This document shows, piece by piece, positions 23,061 through 35,944 of a DNA stretch of 64,000 nt. The notes beneath the pieces are model-generated. The model was given only the letters and a program-made list of their open reading frames with translations, had not been told where the DNA came from and did no database searches. Made by a program: the position numbers and the translations under genes. The stretch's first letter is position 1, and every line of letters starts with the position of its first letter. Source of the DNA: Octopus bimaculoides (taxonomy: Eukaryota); assembly GCF_001194135.2 (NCBI RefSeq), contig NC_068999.1:45590053-45654052 (forward strand), written 5' to 3'.

Positions 23061-24402
23061 TTACTGCAGCGACTTCAAAGAGTTCTAGCAATGACAGCCA
23101 TAATAGAATATGTTAAATATTGATATCTGATACACTATTTAAATCAATGCTACATTGATTGATATACCATTTAAATCAGTCAATTATATACGGTATAGAT
23201 CTAGGAAATGGCGTGCACACACAAACACACACACACACACACAAATATTCTTAATGGATGGAAAGTTTTTCTCTTAGAGAAAGAAAACAAAAACCTAGTG
23301 GCATTCATGGGCAACACACAAAGAAAAGGGGAGATAATTTAATTCCTGATATTGGTTAGTCTTGGTGTGATAGTACTGGTGGAGTTTTTGCTAGTGTAGT
23401 GATGGTGGTGGTGGTGGTGGTGTTTTGATTGGGCAGTGTTGGTGTTAATAGGAATGGTAGCGACATTATTGGTACTTGTTATAGGGTTGTGCTCTTGGCT
23501 GTGATGGTTCCACTGGTACGAGGGGTAGAAATATTGGCACCGGTTATTTTTGGTGTTGGTATTACTAGCTTGGACTTATACTAGAACAACACCGATAACA
23601 ACATGTAGATCTGTATATCTTAAGAAATTCCTCTGCTCTACAATATTCTGGGATCCAGATTATTTAACCCCTGTATGTTGTTAAGTCCCCTGCCAGCTTT
23701 GATTGAGCAAACCCCTGATCAAAGTTGTTCCATTTGTGACCACCCAATCTTATTTTCTGTTGACATAGTTTATCTAAGCTGGTATTATTTGTCGTGTTCT
23801 TGCTATTTTTTATGAGTATACATTGTGATATGAAAGAGATTTGGCTGCTATATCTAGTAATTGAAGTGGGCCACATTGTGGCCTCTTCTTTAGCTTGTCC
23901 CTCTACAAAGAATTTACCATATTCTATGATCTGTTGATGGAATCAATTTTTGGCATTCCCTCCTGGCTTTTCTATCAATTTAAATTAAATTGAAACAGAA
24001 CGTATTTTGTTTTCATTTCAATTAAAAATGTCCATTATTTTATCTGTTTTCTTTCATATTACAGTTTGTGATCAATAACATTATTGTAATCAATAAGATC
24101 ATAGGTCACAGACACGTCTCCCCCCACCCCACCCCCCAACCCAATCGACCAATCATTACCACAGGTTATTTTATGTGGGAAATCACATGGGTGCGTGTCA
24201 AAACAGAGAAAACTATACGAAACCTTTTCTGTCCAAAAACACCAGTTTATTAGTTTCCTCACCAATGTTTATACTTTCTCTCTCTTACACTCTCTCTCTT
24301 ACACTCTCTCTCTCTCTCACTCATACATACACACACATTNNNNNNNNNNNNNNNNNNNNNNNNNNNNNNNNNNNNNNNNNNNNTATATATATATTTATAT
24401 CA

Positions 24403-24735
24403 TCATCGTTTAACATATGCTTTCCATGCTAGCATGGGTTGGACAATTTGACTGAGGACTGGCAAGCCAGAAGGCTGCACCAGGCTCCAATCTGATCTGG
24501 CAGAGATTCTACAGCTGGATGCTCTTCCTAATGCCAACCACTCCAAGAGTGTAGTGGGTGCTTTTACGTGCCACCGGCATGAGAGCCAGTCACATGGTAC
24601 TAGCAACGGCCACGCTCAAAAAGGTGTTTTTTATGTGCCACCTGCACGGGAGCCAGTCCAGCGGCACAAGACTTTGGTCGGCCCGAGGTGCCATGCAGTG
24701 GGACTGAACCCAGAACATGAAAGCAAGCACATACA
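24403..24735 (-). mobile_element. Chimeric SINE: B-type head fragment + family F tail
   Basis: 24670-24735 matches the B head in reverse; 24403-24660 matches the (GAT)n-tailed family F. Confidence 0.6.
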
Positions 24736-24795
24736 AGAGAAGTTTGAAATAAAATTTTGTTGCAGGTTGTATCCACTAGTTCCTTACTTACATAT

Positions 24796-25117
24796 GTGAA
24801 GGCATGCGGCTTAGTGGTTAGGGGCATTCAGCTCATGGTTCTAAGGTCGTGAGTTCAATTCCTGGCAGCGTGTTGTGTCCTTGAGCAAGACACTTTATTT
24901 CACGTTGCTCCAGTCCACTCAGCTGGCAAAAATGAGTAGTACCTGTATTTCAAAGGACCAGCCTTGTCACACTCTGTGTCACGCTGAATCTCCCGGAGAA
25001 CTACGTTAAGGGTACACGTGTCTGTGGAGTGCTCAGCCACTTGCACGTTAATTTCACAAGCAAGCTGTTCCGTTGATCGTATCAACTGGGACCCTCGTCG
25101 TCACAACCGACGGAGTG
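24796..25117 (+). mobile_element. Full-length SINE, head Y + CORE-like + tail 1 (OR1-like)
   Basis: GGCTTAGTGG A-box, GAGTTCAATTCC B-box, TGTGTCCTTGAGCAAGACAC core; tail shared with 63300-63470. Further copies at 39613-39916, 58186-58476, 50612-50850 (-) and 62141-62365 (-). Confidence 0.9.
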
Positions 25118-26098
25118 AGTGCTCCTATCCTATACTTACATACACTCCTTTCTGAAGTCACCCATACTCTGCTAAAATAGTACCATTCTCCCACCAGTGG
25201 TGCAGGTACCCCACTTTGAAGAACAACAGTGTAATATATTTTTAATGAAATTACTTACCTCTAAATAGGGCCACATTTTGGTGGCAACTCCTCGTTTTGT
25301 TAATTACATCACATTAGAGATTATTACACATGCAACAAGTTTTCCTCATTATTCAAAGAAATCTCTGTTCAATTAGCTAAAAATCTGTTACATTATATCA
25401 AATTAGCTACTTTAAATTACGGATATTTGTTGATGATGATGATGGTGGTGGTGGTATGGGAACGTTGATATTAATGGTGGTGGTGGTGGGGTGAAGGCAT
25501 ACGGATGTTAATGATAATGATGGTGGTAGTAGTGGTGGTCGTGGTCGTGGTGGGAAAGACAGTAAGAGGTACATGGTAATTGCAGGAGCAGCAGGTTGTG
25601 AGGGCACAGGAATGTTAATGACGATGATAATGGTTGATGGTGGTGTTGGTGGTGGTGGTGGTGGTGGTGGTGGTGCCGATAAAAGTGGTCGTGCTGGCAT
25701 GGGGTAATTTGATGATGATGAATGGCAGTAATGATAATGAGGAATGAAACTGGAGGTGATGGTGATAGTGGTGGTGGTGGTGGTGATGATAAACGAAACG
25801 AGGCGGGGAAGCTGTATAGCATGGCAAATAGATTTATATTGCTACACAAATTATACCAGACAAAAATGCATGGAACTCTTTATATAATGTTTAAAAAAGA
25901 AAAAATGATCAACAAGATCCTCAACAAGCGTGAGTAGATTGTAATATGCTGATGTGGTTTAGTAATATCAAAACATGTTCATAGTTGTTTCCCCTGCCTG
26001 CAAACCAAGATCAGATATTCTCCTTAACAATGTCAATTAATTTCATGAAAATTGGTTATTAGTTCTTAATTTCTTGAAATGTGAGTGTACCTTGCATA

Positions 26099-26099
<1 letters not shown>

Positions 26100-26137
<38 letters not shown>

Positions 26138-26153
26138 TATTTTACAGGTAAGC
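26100..26153 (+). promoter_or_regulatory. Candidate recursive splice site (polyY-CAG|GTAAGC)
   Basis: ~45 nt pyrimidine tract, then TTTTACAG immediately followed by GTAAGC; junction at 26147/26148. Confidence 0.35.
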
Positions 26154-26729
26154 AAACCATGTATTCACCTGTTCCTCTCCCTCAAAAGAAAAAGAAAACC
26201 TTTTAGGAGCAATTACCTGTGACATAAATTATTGCTGGTCATCTACATTGTAATTTCCTTTACCTCTGAACAAATTACAAACTGACCACTAAGATTGATG
26301 ACCAAAACCTTTGACAGCGGTGCACTCACTTGACATCAGTCCAGTTACTGAAACCAAAGAAAGAACCACTTATCTGCCGTCCTTCTCGAAATCCTTGATG
26401 TCTTGAAGTTTAGATTTTCCTATATTTCGTAGATTGCACACAAATTACCAATGAATTCTCATTACTTATGATCAATGCTAGGGAACCGATAATGTCTTGA
26501 AGCAACGGATTCTACTTACATTTTTATCTACTTCATTACGATTGTCCCCATGGTTTTTGATTATGTATAAATGTACTGGACAACCAAGCCAAAGTCGTAT
26601 GCTTTTACTATCACCCTGCTCCCAACTCAACTAATGACCATGTCTAGTCAATGATGATTCACTTCACGGTTGCTTGATTTAGAAGAAATACCTGTCAAAG
26701 TACACATTGATAATATAGTCCAAGATACA

Positions 26730-26951
26730 CAGTAACCCCTCGACTATTGCAGGTGTTATGTTCCAAAAAACCCTGCAATAGGTGAAAATCCGTGAAGTAG
26801 AAACAGTACTGTACTGTTTATTTTTTTTATTATTTTCATAATTTGTATATATTTATTTTATTATAAATGCAAAACAACACCATGGAGGAATTGACGTAAG
26901 CTTATATAATAAACTGCGATAGGTGAACAGCGATATGACAAGAGATTACTG
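26730..26951. mobile_element. Tigger/pogo-like MITE
   Basis: Ends CAGTAACCCCTCG / AAGAGATTACTG followed by TA; internal repeated GC(A/G)ATAGGTGAA. Confidence 0.65.
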
Positions 26952-27102
26952 TATTATACCTGGAAAAAAACTGAAGATGGCCATGAATGAAGCATCTTGG
27001 ATGATGTCTGTTCCGTCAAGTCTCACCTTGACCAACGACAATGACCAATGATTACATGGCTATTTGTGGAATGGTCAAAGATGGGACTTAATTTTGGCAT
27101 AT

Positions 27103-27310
27103 TTAACACTTTAGCAAATAACTCAGTCAAATGTAATCCTTATTTATTCACATGTTTTGAATTAATCATGGATTAATAGTTTTGAGGTTTCAATGATGTG
27201 ATTGCTTATTTTTAGAATGGCATTGTAGGGTAGGTGTGAGAGACTGGATTTAACTAGTTTGAACATAAAACAGGTAGAATATTTGGGTCGGATATGGCTA
27301 TTTTTAAATG
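27103..27310. mobile_element. piggyBac-like MITE copy
   Basis: Homologous to 8590-8817. Confidence 0.7.
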
Positions 27311-28816
27311 GGCCTTGGGTCTGACATTCAGTTGTTCTACGGAAAGTTTTTTAGAATTTTTTCTCTTCAGAGTCGTTGCAGTCTCCTGAAAGCCTCTTGC
27401 TATTAGAATCCTAGTTACCAAAACATTTCACTGTCATTTTGAACTGAACCCACAGAAATTATTCCTTCTTTGTTTATATTTCATAATTATTTTCATTTTG
27501 TTAGTCATTGAGAAAACCTACAAACTTTTCAAACAAAAATAAAAAAAGAAAGAAAGAAAGAAAGAAAAGAAAGAAAGAAAATCGTGAAATACATTAGAGA
27601 TTCCCAAATATTTTTGTTAGAAATAAGATATTGCTTTAACCTATAAAACTATTTATTTAAACATATTGAATACACATGTAAGAATTCCTGCAACAGTATA
27701 CAATATACTCGTTATATCAGTTTTAGACTCTGTGGTTTGGTTGATGCTAACGAAGATAAAAGTATCACCTCATTAACTAAGCAGATAAGTTACACAGATT
27801 CAATCCACCATCATAAATAGATTAGACAAAACTTGTAAAATACACCAAACTAAAGGCTGTTTTATTTTTGTGTTCTAAATGTTAAACACTGGTATTGTTG
27901 TCATTACATTTATTGCTCAACTATTCAGTCTCATACTCTCTAGGCGCTATACAAAAATTGGTAATTAATTTTTATTGCTCTTTCTGCTCCATGCAGTAAC
28001 CTGGCTGTACCGATAGATTTGTAATTATGTTCGTCACATAGTGTTTCAATTGTAAACCGAAGTGGTTTATACCAGCAACTGTTCTTCAATTCTATTTGTT
28101 TCTTTGCTGTTCAACTCTGCATTGACAAAGCTTTACAATAATTATATTTGTTGCTCTCTAGTTGAACTCTATATCAACTATTCTATGCCAATAACTTTGT
28201 AATTATGTTCAAATAGTCTTTTTTTGTGCAAAGAAACCGTTTTCATAAATCAATACATGATTTGGTTGCCTTTAGCACCAAATATTCAAGTACACAATAC
28301 ATATTCATGAATGCTGTATTGACCAAAAAACAAAAAAATTTACAAAGAACAAAAAATAAATTATTTCCCATTTATTCCCCTTACTAAAATGGATGGCCCC
28401 CTGATAGAATAAAAGACGAATAAAAGTTACTGGATATTGGAACAAGAGTTTTATTATATAAGGGGTTTTATACAACCTAAAATGGTTATATGTAATGAAA
28501 AATTGCATTTCATACATTGCGGATAAATTGAGCTGAGAGTTGCAGATCATACTTTAAGCATTTGATACCCCATACGTCGTTTTAAAATAGTCACTAACAA
28601 AAATGTATTATGCCTGCCTCAAGAATATAAAACAATTTTTAAACACTGTCAGAAATAAATTACAATATAAATAATTCAGTGTTTTCACTGCCTGTTTGTC
28701 TTTTCTTGCGAATCACTTCAATCTGTAAGTGTCAAAACATGTGGCCTGCAGCCATGTTTAGTCCAACCACCAGCTCAATTCTTTGAAGCAAAATTGAAAA
28801 ACACTCAATAGAACTC

Positions 28817-28853
<37 letters not shown>

Positions 28854-28952
28854 ATGTGTGTGTGTGTATTTGTATTTATATATGTATACGTGTGTGTATA
28901 TATGCATAAATCTTTGTATGTATATATGCATATATGACTATATATGTGTGTG

Positions 28953-28991
<39 letters not shown>

Positions 28992-29126
28992 ATACATACA
29001 TATATATATACATATATATGATACATAATATATATATGCATACATACATACATACAGATATATATATATATGTGTGTGTGTATGTATGTATGTATGTATG
29101 TATATATAAGGTATGTATTGTGCCAG

Positions 29127-29213
29127 TTCGCGGGTAGGCAGCAATTTATAGACGTAAGTGAATATACTCTCATCAATTCGCCTGGTGTTAAAAGATTTGG
29201 AAATCATAGACAA
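29127..29213 (+). CDS. Candidate symmetric (phase 0-0) exon [29 protein letters not shown]
   Basis: CCAG acceptor, 87 nt open in only one frame, CAA|GTGAGA donor, and an in-frame internal GAC|GTAAGT donor at 29153. Weak polypyrimidine tract; no homology recognised. Confidence 0.3.
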
Positions 29214-30257
29214 GTGAGATAACTTGCACCAAGTCCCATTACAGGAGTAGTAAACATTAATGTTTTGTCATTTTTGTGGTGGTGGTGGTGGTGTTTTCTG
29301 TAATTCTCATTAACTGTATTTTATTTATTAACGATGTTTAGTGTCATTCCTAATGACAATCTATTTGACGATCTCATCCAGTGTAATATAATTATTTTGT
29401 AATTTATGTATTTTGTTTTTTTTCTTTAAATTTCTGTTTTAAATTTTAATTTTTCTGTACTGGCAATAAGTGGGAGTTAACTGTTTTAACAGCTGCATAC
29501 TCCTCTATTGCTAACTGCCCGAAATAGGAGTGACACTTGTTTGTTTGCTGGAGAGATAGAGAGAGAGGGAGGAATGGAGTGGGTGTGAATGGGCGGGCAG
29601 GCAAGGCTTTGTTCGGTGGGGGGGGGGCATAAATTGGAGCAAAGAGAATTATCTGTTTTGCTAACTAGCAAAACATTAGCAGTAATAACATTTAAGCAGT
29701 AATAATAAGATAATATAGTCATGGAATCAAAGACCGTAGAGAAAGAACGGAGAGAGAGAGAGAGAAAGAGAGAGGGAGGACAAGAATACTCAGCGATGCC
29801 CTCTGCATGAAAAGCAATTAGTAAAGTGGGTGGTGGCATGCATAATTGTATTGAACCAACAAATTTTATCACTGTAATCATCAAAGGTTATAATTTTTAT
29901 GGCCTTCTTTGATTGATGATTAAAAGAATGTGTTTTTATGTCGATGGCTAACTCTGGTCAAGAAAAAGCAAAGAAGACAACTCCTAGAATTTAAATTGAT
30001 TGAAATTAATTAAAAATACAAAAAGCAGTGAGGAGTGAGTTTTCTCTTTTGCTATAATACAGAGATAACCATGAGAATGTTTCAGCCCTGTGCAACCTCA
30101 TCAGCAAACCACAGTCTAACTGTTATTGCAGTTTTTCTCAGATCATGATTGCTTCTTCTCATTATGGATGTTATTTTAATTAATTAAAGTATCACTGCAT
30201 CAAATATGTTAATGCCCACTTTACTAATTAGGACTATGTAACCTGTAGTCCACTACT

Positions 30258-30430
30258 GTGCATCACACCCACTGTACCTCAACCAATTGTGTCTCATGCC
30301 CATTGTGCCTCATACTTATTGTGCCTCGTACCCATTGTGATTCATACCCATTGTCACTCATGCCCATTGTGCATCACACCCATTGTTTCTTGCACACACA
30401 TCATGTCTTGTACCCATTGTGCCTCGCATC
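30258..30430. repeat. Minisatellite ~16 bp unit CCCATTGTGCCTCATA
   Basis: About 10 degenerate copies. Confidence 0.85.
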
Positions 30431-30639
30431 TATCATGCCACATGCTCACTCGTTAGAACTACTCATTCAATCAGCCCCCTGGACTTCCTTTGATATTATT
30501 ACAGTTTACCAGATTTCAATGGAATCAGACCATTCCTTCAATCTTTCCTCCATGCTCCATTAAAATAAGTACCAGGAATATACTAGGGGAGGTTCAACTA
30601 TTGGTACATCTCTCCTTTTCTTTCAGCTCTCTGTATGAT

Positions 30640-30954
30640 CATTGGTCTGTCTGTCTGTTTGTTTCATTTGTGTGACTGTCTGTCTATCTACCCATCTGTT
30701 CATCTATATATCTCTGTTTGATGATCTGTCTATCTGTATTTATCTACCTGTCCCTTTCTCTCCCCCCCTCTCTCTCTCTCTCTCTCTCCCTCTTTATTTA
30801 TCTCTTTCTTTTAGGCTATCTGTCTGTCTGTCTTTATATCTCTGTCTATTTGTCACTAAATATTTCTCAATATATCTGTCTCTTTCTATCTGTTTCATCT
30901 GTGTGACTATCTATCTATCTATCTATCTGTCTGTCTGTCTATCTGTCTATCTAT

Positions 30955-30992
<38 letters not shown>

Positions 30993-31100
30993 GTCTATCG
31001 ATCTATCTACCTATCTGTCTATCTATCAATCTAGCTAGCTATCCATTTGTCTGTTTGCCTATATATCTGTTTGTCACTCTATCACCCTGTTTATCTATCT
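30640..31100. repeat. (CTAT)n/(CTGT)n microsatellite region
   Basis: Seen directly in the sequence. Confidence 0.9.
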
Positions 31101-31567
31101 GTCGTTCCTTCCCAAATCAGTCCAGTCTTAAGACATTCCAGGACAACCAAATTCAAAACAACAACCAATAAAATTCAAACAAAATTCCTTCCAGCTTTGA
31201 TACAAATTTTATTAAATATGAAGAAATTTTATTTTCCAAAGCAGCATTACATTGGTTTTAAAATGTATCTGTGGAGTTTAATGTTCCAACTAGAATTCTT
31301 TGATTTTCATTGAATTTATTCCTGCAAAAATTCTATTCTAAACTGAACCATTTTTCATTTCAAAATCTAATTCGAAGAATTTCAATCAATGTTGAATGGA
31401 AGCTTTTCTCTTTGAAATTCTGGAAAATTGAATTAATTATAAAACTATTTCATAAAATAACTTATCTTGTTTTTGTTTTGTTTTGTTTTGTTTTGTTTAG
31501 TTTTATTTTTCCTCTTTTTGTATTCTCTTTTGTTTTTTGATTTTTTTTTCTACAAATACATTTTTTC

Positions 31568-31598
<31 letters not shown>

Positions 31599-32039
31599 TA
31601 AATATATATATATTTATATTTATTTATTATTTATCTCTTTTATATCAGTTATTTTATTGCAATGGCATTCTTATTTATTTGAATAAGAGATTTTAAATAT
31701 CAACAGACCATTTATGATTATTCCTGAAGTAAATTAGGAAATTCCGATAAATACCTCAGAAAGAAATTAGATAATAACCCGAAACAGAAACTATATTGAG
31801 AGTAGAAAAATTTTCTACATGAAAATCAATGCCAAAAGAATGAATGCCACAATTATTATGTTCTTTGACATTTTTTATATAACGCTTCTATTTTATTTAC
31901 TTACATTTTTTTTTTGGTATTTATTATTATTTACATTACTTATCTGTTATTTGTTTTGCTTATCATTAAAGTCCTGTAACTACATTAGCTTCTGGTGTTC
32001 TGTACGGTAGATATATTGGTTTGCGTACTTGTTGGAAGT

Positions 32040-32790
32040 TATTTCACTCTGTCTGCTTGCCTGCCTGCCTCTATGTCTGTCTACTTGTCTGTTTGTCTGT
32101 ATGTCTGCCTGCCTGTGTGTCTGTCTACCTGTCTGTGTGTCTGTCTACCTGTCTGTCTACCTGTCTGTCTACCTGCCTATCTGCCTGTCTGTGTGTCTGT
32201 CTGCATGTCCATCTGCCTGTCAGTGTGTCTGTCTTCCTGTCTCTACCTGTCCGTGTGTCTGCCTGCCAGTATGTCTGTGTATCTGTCTACCCGTCTCCCT
32301 ATGTGTCTGCCTGTCTTATTTCTTTACTGCCCACAAGGGGCTAAACACAGAGGGGACAAACAAGGACAGACAAAAGGATCAAGTCGATTACATCGACCCC
32401 AGTGCATAATTAGTACTTATTTAATCGACCCCGAAAGGATGAAAGGCAAAGTCGACCTAGGCGGAATTTGAACTCAGAACGTAGCGGCAGACGAAATACC
32501 ACTAAGCATTTTCACCCGGTGTGCTAACGTTTCTGCCAGCTCGCCGCCTGTCTGTGTATCTGTCTGCCTGCCTGTATATCTGTCTGCATGTCTGTCTACC
32601 TGTCTGCCTATGTGTCTGCCTGCCTGTCTTTGTGTCTATCTACCTGTCTGCTTGTCTGTGTGTCGTGTCAGCCTGCCTAGCAGTGTTAGTCTACCTGTCT
32701 GTGTATCTGTCTGCTTGCCTAATTGTCTGTCTATCTGTTTATCCGTCTGCTTGCCTGCCTGTGTGTCTGTCTACCTGTCTGTCTGTCAGG
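32040..32790. repeat. (CTGT/CTGC/CTAC)n degenerate array interrupted by a SINE
   Basis: The same array continues on both sides of 32315-32548. Confidence 0.9.
32315..32548 (-). mobile_element. SINE family C with variant tail
   Basis: Reverse-complement C head (GGCGGCGAGCTGGCAGAAACGTTAGC); the tail matches 7540-7600. Confidence 0.9.
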
Positions 32791-32909
32791 CCCCATCCTT
32801 CTTAAGCTGTCAGTTGTTCTCGTTGATTATTGAACATAACGAAGGCAGCAGCCATTGTAATATCCATTCATTGATTTCTTATAAAGTCAATAACCGTTTT
32901 TCCAGCAGC

Positions 32910-33800
32910 GCCGACACCACCACCACCACCACCACTACCACCACCATCAATACCACTACCACCACCACTTCAGTACCACCACAAGTATCACCCCTAACGC
33001 TACCACCAATTCCATTGTCACAGCTACTACCACCACCACTACAACAAGCACTTGCACCAACGAAACGATCGGTACCACCTCTATCAACACCACGACAACC
33101 ATCATCTTCATGACTATCACCTAACACTGTCATCACCATCTGCACCACCACCACCACCACTACTACCACCACCATTCCCAGCACCATCAATACCATCTAC
33201 ACTAACACCACTTTAACAATCACTAAGACTGAGATGATTGTTAACACCACTACTGCCACCACCACTGCCACCGCTGCCATATCCACCACTAACACTACCA
33301 CCAAAACCATCTCCAACACCACCACCAGCACCACCATCTCTTCTACCACCAGCACTACCATCTCCAACGCCATCTCCACCTCCAACACTACAACCATCTC
33401 CAACACTACACCACCACCACACCACTACCACCCACTACTATCTCCAACACCATCACCAACACCACCTCCACATCACCATCTCCAACACTACCATCTCCAA
33501 CACCATCACCACCACCACCACCACCACCACATCACCATCTCCAACACCACCATCTCCAACACCATCACCACCACCACCACCACCACNNNNNNNNNNTCAC
33601 CACCACCACCACCACCACCACATCACCATCTCCAACACCACCATCTCCAACACAATCACCATCTCCATCACCAACACTACCTCCAACACCATCACCACCA
33701 CCACCACCATCTCCAACACCACCGCCATCTCCGTCTCCAGCAGTTCCACCACCACCACCAACACCACCCCAACCAATATTAAAAATAACAACAACAATAA
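32910..33800. repeat. (CAC)n array with recurrent CATCTCCAACAC unit
   Basis: About 12 copies of the unit between 33309 and 33720. Confidence 0.9.
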
Positions 33801-33896
33801 TATCCCTGAAGCTGGAAATCTCCAGAAGTAGTCAACTGGTTCCAAACAGACATTTTAAACTCAATATCGCTTATAAACAGCAGCCAATAATCTCAC

Positions 33897-34739
33897 CAAT
33901 GTTGTGTAAACTACATAATAGAAATACTCTAATTCTTGTGCTTCGGAGGCTGTTTTTGGAAGCAGAGAAATAATATTCGGCTAACTGAATTACACCGGCA
34001 CATGCATATAGACATTTCACACGCACATAAACACGTGTGCATGCATGCATGTGTGCATACATATTTGAACGAACAGCCAGAGAAAAGGATCTGCCGCTTC
34101 TGTAATCTTGTGAATATACTGTAAAACTATGTTAATATCTTGGAGGAAGGAAAGTTCTGCTTTAAGTTTCTAATGGAATTGGATATTATTTTTATGCTAT
34201 ACTTCTGTGAATATTATGATAGTCGCTAGAATTGGTATGTTAGTAGGTGTCTATATTTTGTAGGAATCAGATTGAGAGTTTAACCAAAAACACACACACA
34301 AAAACAGAAAAGAAAAAAAACGGTAGCAGAAAAGTATGTTTTTGTGTGCCATGAAGTAATGCAGAAACTAAACATTAGGCAGTGTTTATTTGTTTGTTTG
34401 TTTCTTTCTTTCTTTGTCTTCTTTGTTGTTGTTGTTTTTTTTTTCTCTCTTTTTCTCACTCGAAAGAAGGAAATTTCCTTCGTCTCATGGTATACCGAAC
34501 ACGGAGCATTACCTTTATTTCAACCGTGATTCTAATAACTCCCTAGTTGTTTTACGCATCAGCAGAAATATAGACGCGATCATGCAAGCCCATTGAGTCT
34601 TAAAAACTATGGCTTAATCTCGTAACCACATCTCGCTCACCTCTAATCCGCAGCCAAGCGCTGGAGTGTAATAAACACTAAAGCTTCTTGCGTTCAGGTT
34701 CGGTCTTCTCACTTGCGTCAGACACAATGTCATCGAAAG
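33897..34739 (-). CDS. Candidate phase-compatible exon pair (34713-34739 and 33897-33949)
   Basis: Acceptors CCCATTTCTTATTAG and TTCTCTGCTTCCAAAAACAG, both donors GTGAGA. Spliced frame FDDIVSDATSEAQELEYFYYVVYTTL; no homology recognised. Confidence 0.2.
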
Positions 34740-34900
34740 CTAATAAGAAATGGGAGGGTCACTGCACTTCAGAACGAATTAATGTTGTTGCTATTGTGGT
34801 AAAGCTTCCAGGTCAGTGTCAAAAACGTTCTTGCCATGGCCTTCACATCTTATTTTCAGCCATGGTATCTCTAAGACTGCTTTATCAAAATTTTATCATC

Positions 34901-34947
<47 letters not shown>

Positions 34948-34966
34948 CATTATTATTATTATTATT

Positions 34967-35197
34967 AAGCTGGTGAGCTGGCAGAATCGTTAGCACGCCA
35001 GACGAAATGCTTAGTGGTATTTCACCCGTCGCTACGTTCTGAGTTCAAATTCAGCTCCATTCTGAGTTCAAATTTACCTTTCATCTTTCCGGGGCTGATA
35101 AATTAAGTACCTGTTGAGTACCAGGGTCGATCTGATCAACTATCCCCCTGCCCCAAAATTTCAGGCCTTGTGTCTATAATAGAAACCATTATTATTA

Positions 35198-35258
<61 letters not shown>

Positions 35259-35460
35259 CATCATCATTATTATTATTATCGTTAAAGCAGCGAGCTGGAC
35301 GAATCGTTAGCACGCCAGGTAAAATGCTTGGCGATATTTCGTGTGTCTCTACGTTCTGAGTTCGAATTCTGCCGAGGCTGACTTTGCGTTTCATCCTTTC
35401 ATGGTCGATGAAATAAGTACCAGTTACACACTGAGGTCAATGTAATCGACTAGTCTCCTC
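34967..35460 (+). mobile_element. Two tandem SINE C copies separated and preceded by (ATT)n
   Basis: Copies at 34967-35187 and 35284-35460. Confidence 0.9.
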
Positions 35461-35499
35461 AAATCTCAAGAATGCTTCTTTTTCTGCCTTTTTATGTGT

Positions 35500-35690
35500 G
35501 TTTACACGCATATATGAACAATGGGATTCCACGCAGTTTCCATCTGTCAAAACTCACTCACAAGGCACTGTTCTGCCCTGCCTTGGGCTGTAGTAGAAGG
35601 ACACTTGCTCAAGATGTGGTGCCCTGGGACTGAACCGAAAAACCATACGGCTGCTGTCGCAAAGCAATCTTCTTAACCAAGTCTGCGACT
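35500..35690 (-). mobile_element. SINE B head fragment
   Basis: GACACTTGCTCAAG..GGGACTGAACC is the reverse of the B head. Confidence 0.65.
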
Positions 35691-35881
35691 GTGTTGACTT
35701 CAGTTCTTGGAGTCTTTGAAATAAAATAAAATAAAATAAAATAAAATAAAATAAAGCAGAAAGACAAAGCTAGATTTATAAACATGGAAGAGCAGAAGAA
35801 AGATTGACTTTTGGAAGGGAAAAAAGTAAGAAAGCATAAAGGCAAGTTGACCTACAGAATAAAAATGTTACAAACTGTAAA

Positions 35882-35944
<63 letters not shown>

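Noticed and set aside
26519-26630. Minus-strand exon with AT|GTAAGT donor (LSWEQGDSKSIRLWLG..)
   Set aside because: It overlaps a dispersed repeat family also seen near 11600 and 46950, and has a poor acceptor.
32879-33845. Mucin-like Thr/His/Pro-rich ORFs
   Set aside because: All frames are open because of the (CAC)n array; there are no convincing splice or start signals, and the region contains a gap.
34688-34993. 101-aa plus-strand ORF
   Set aside because: It ends in (ATT)n and a SINE, with no recognisable homology.
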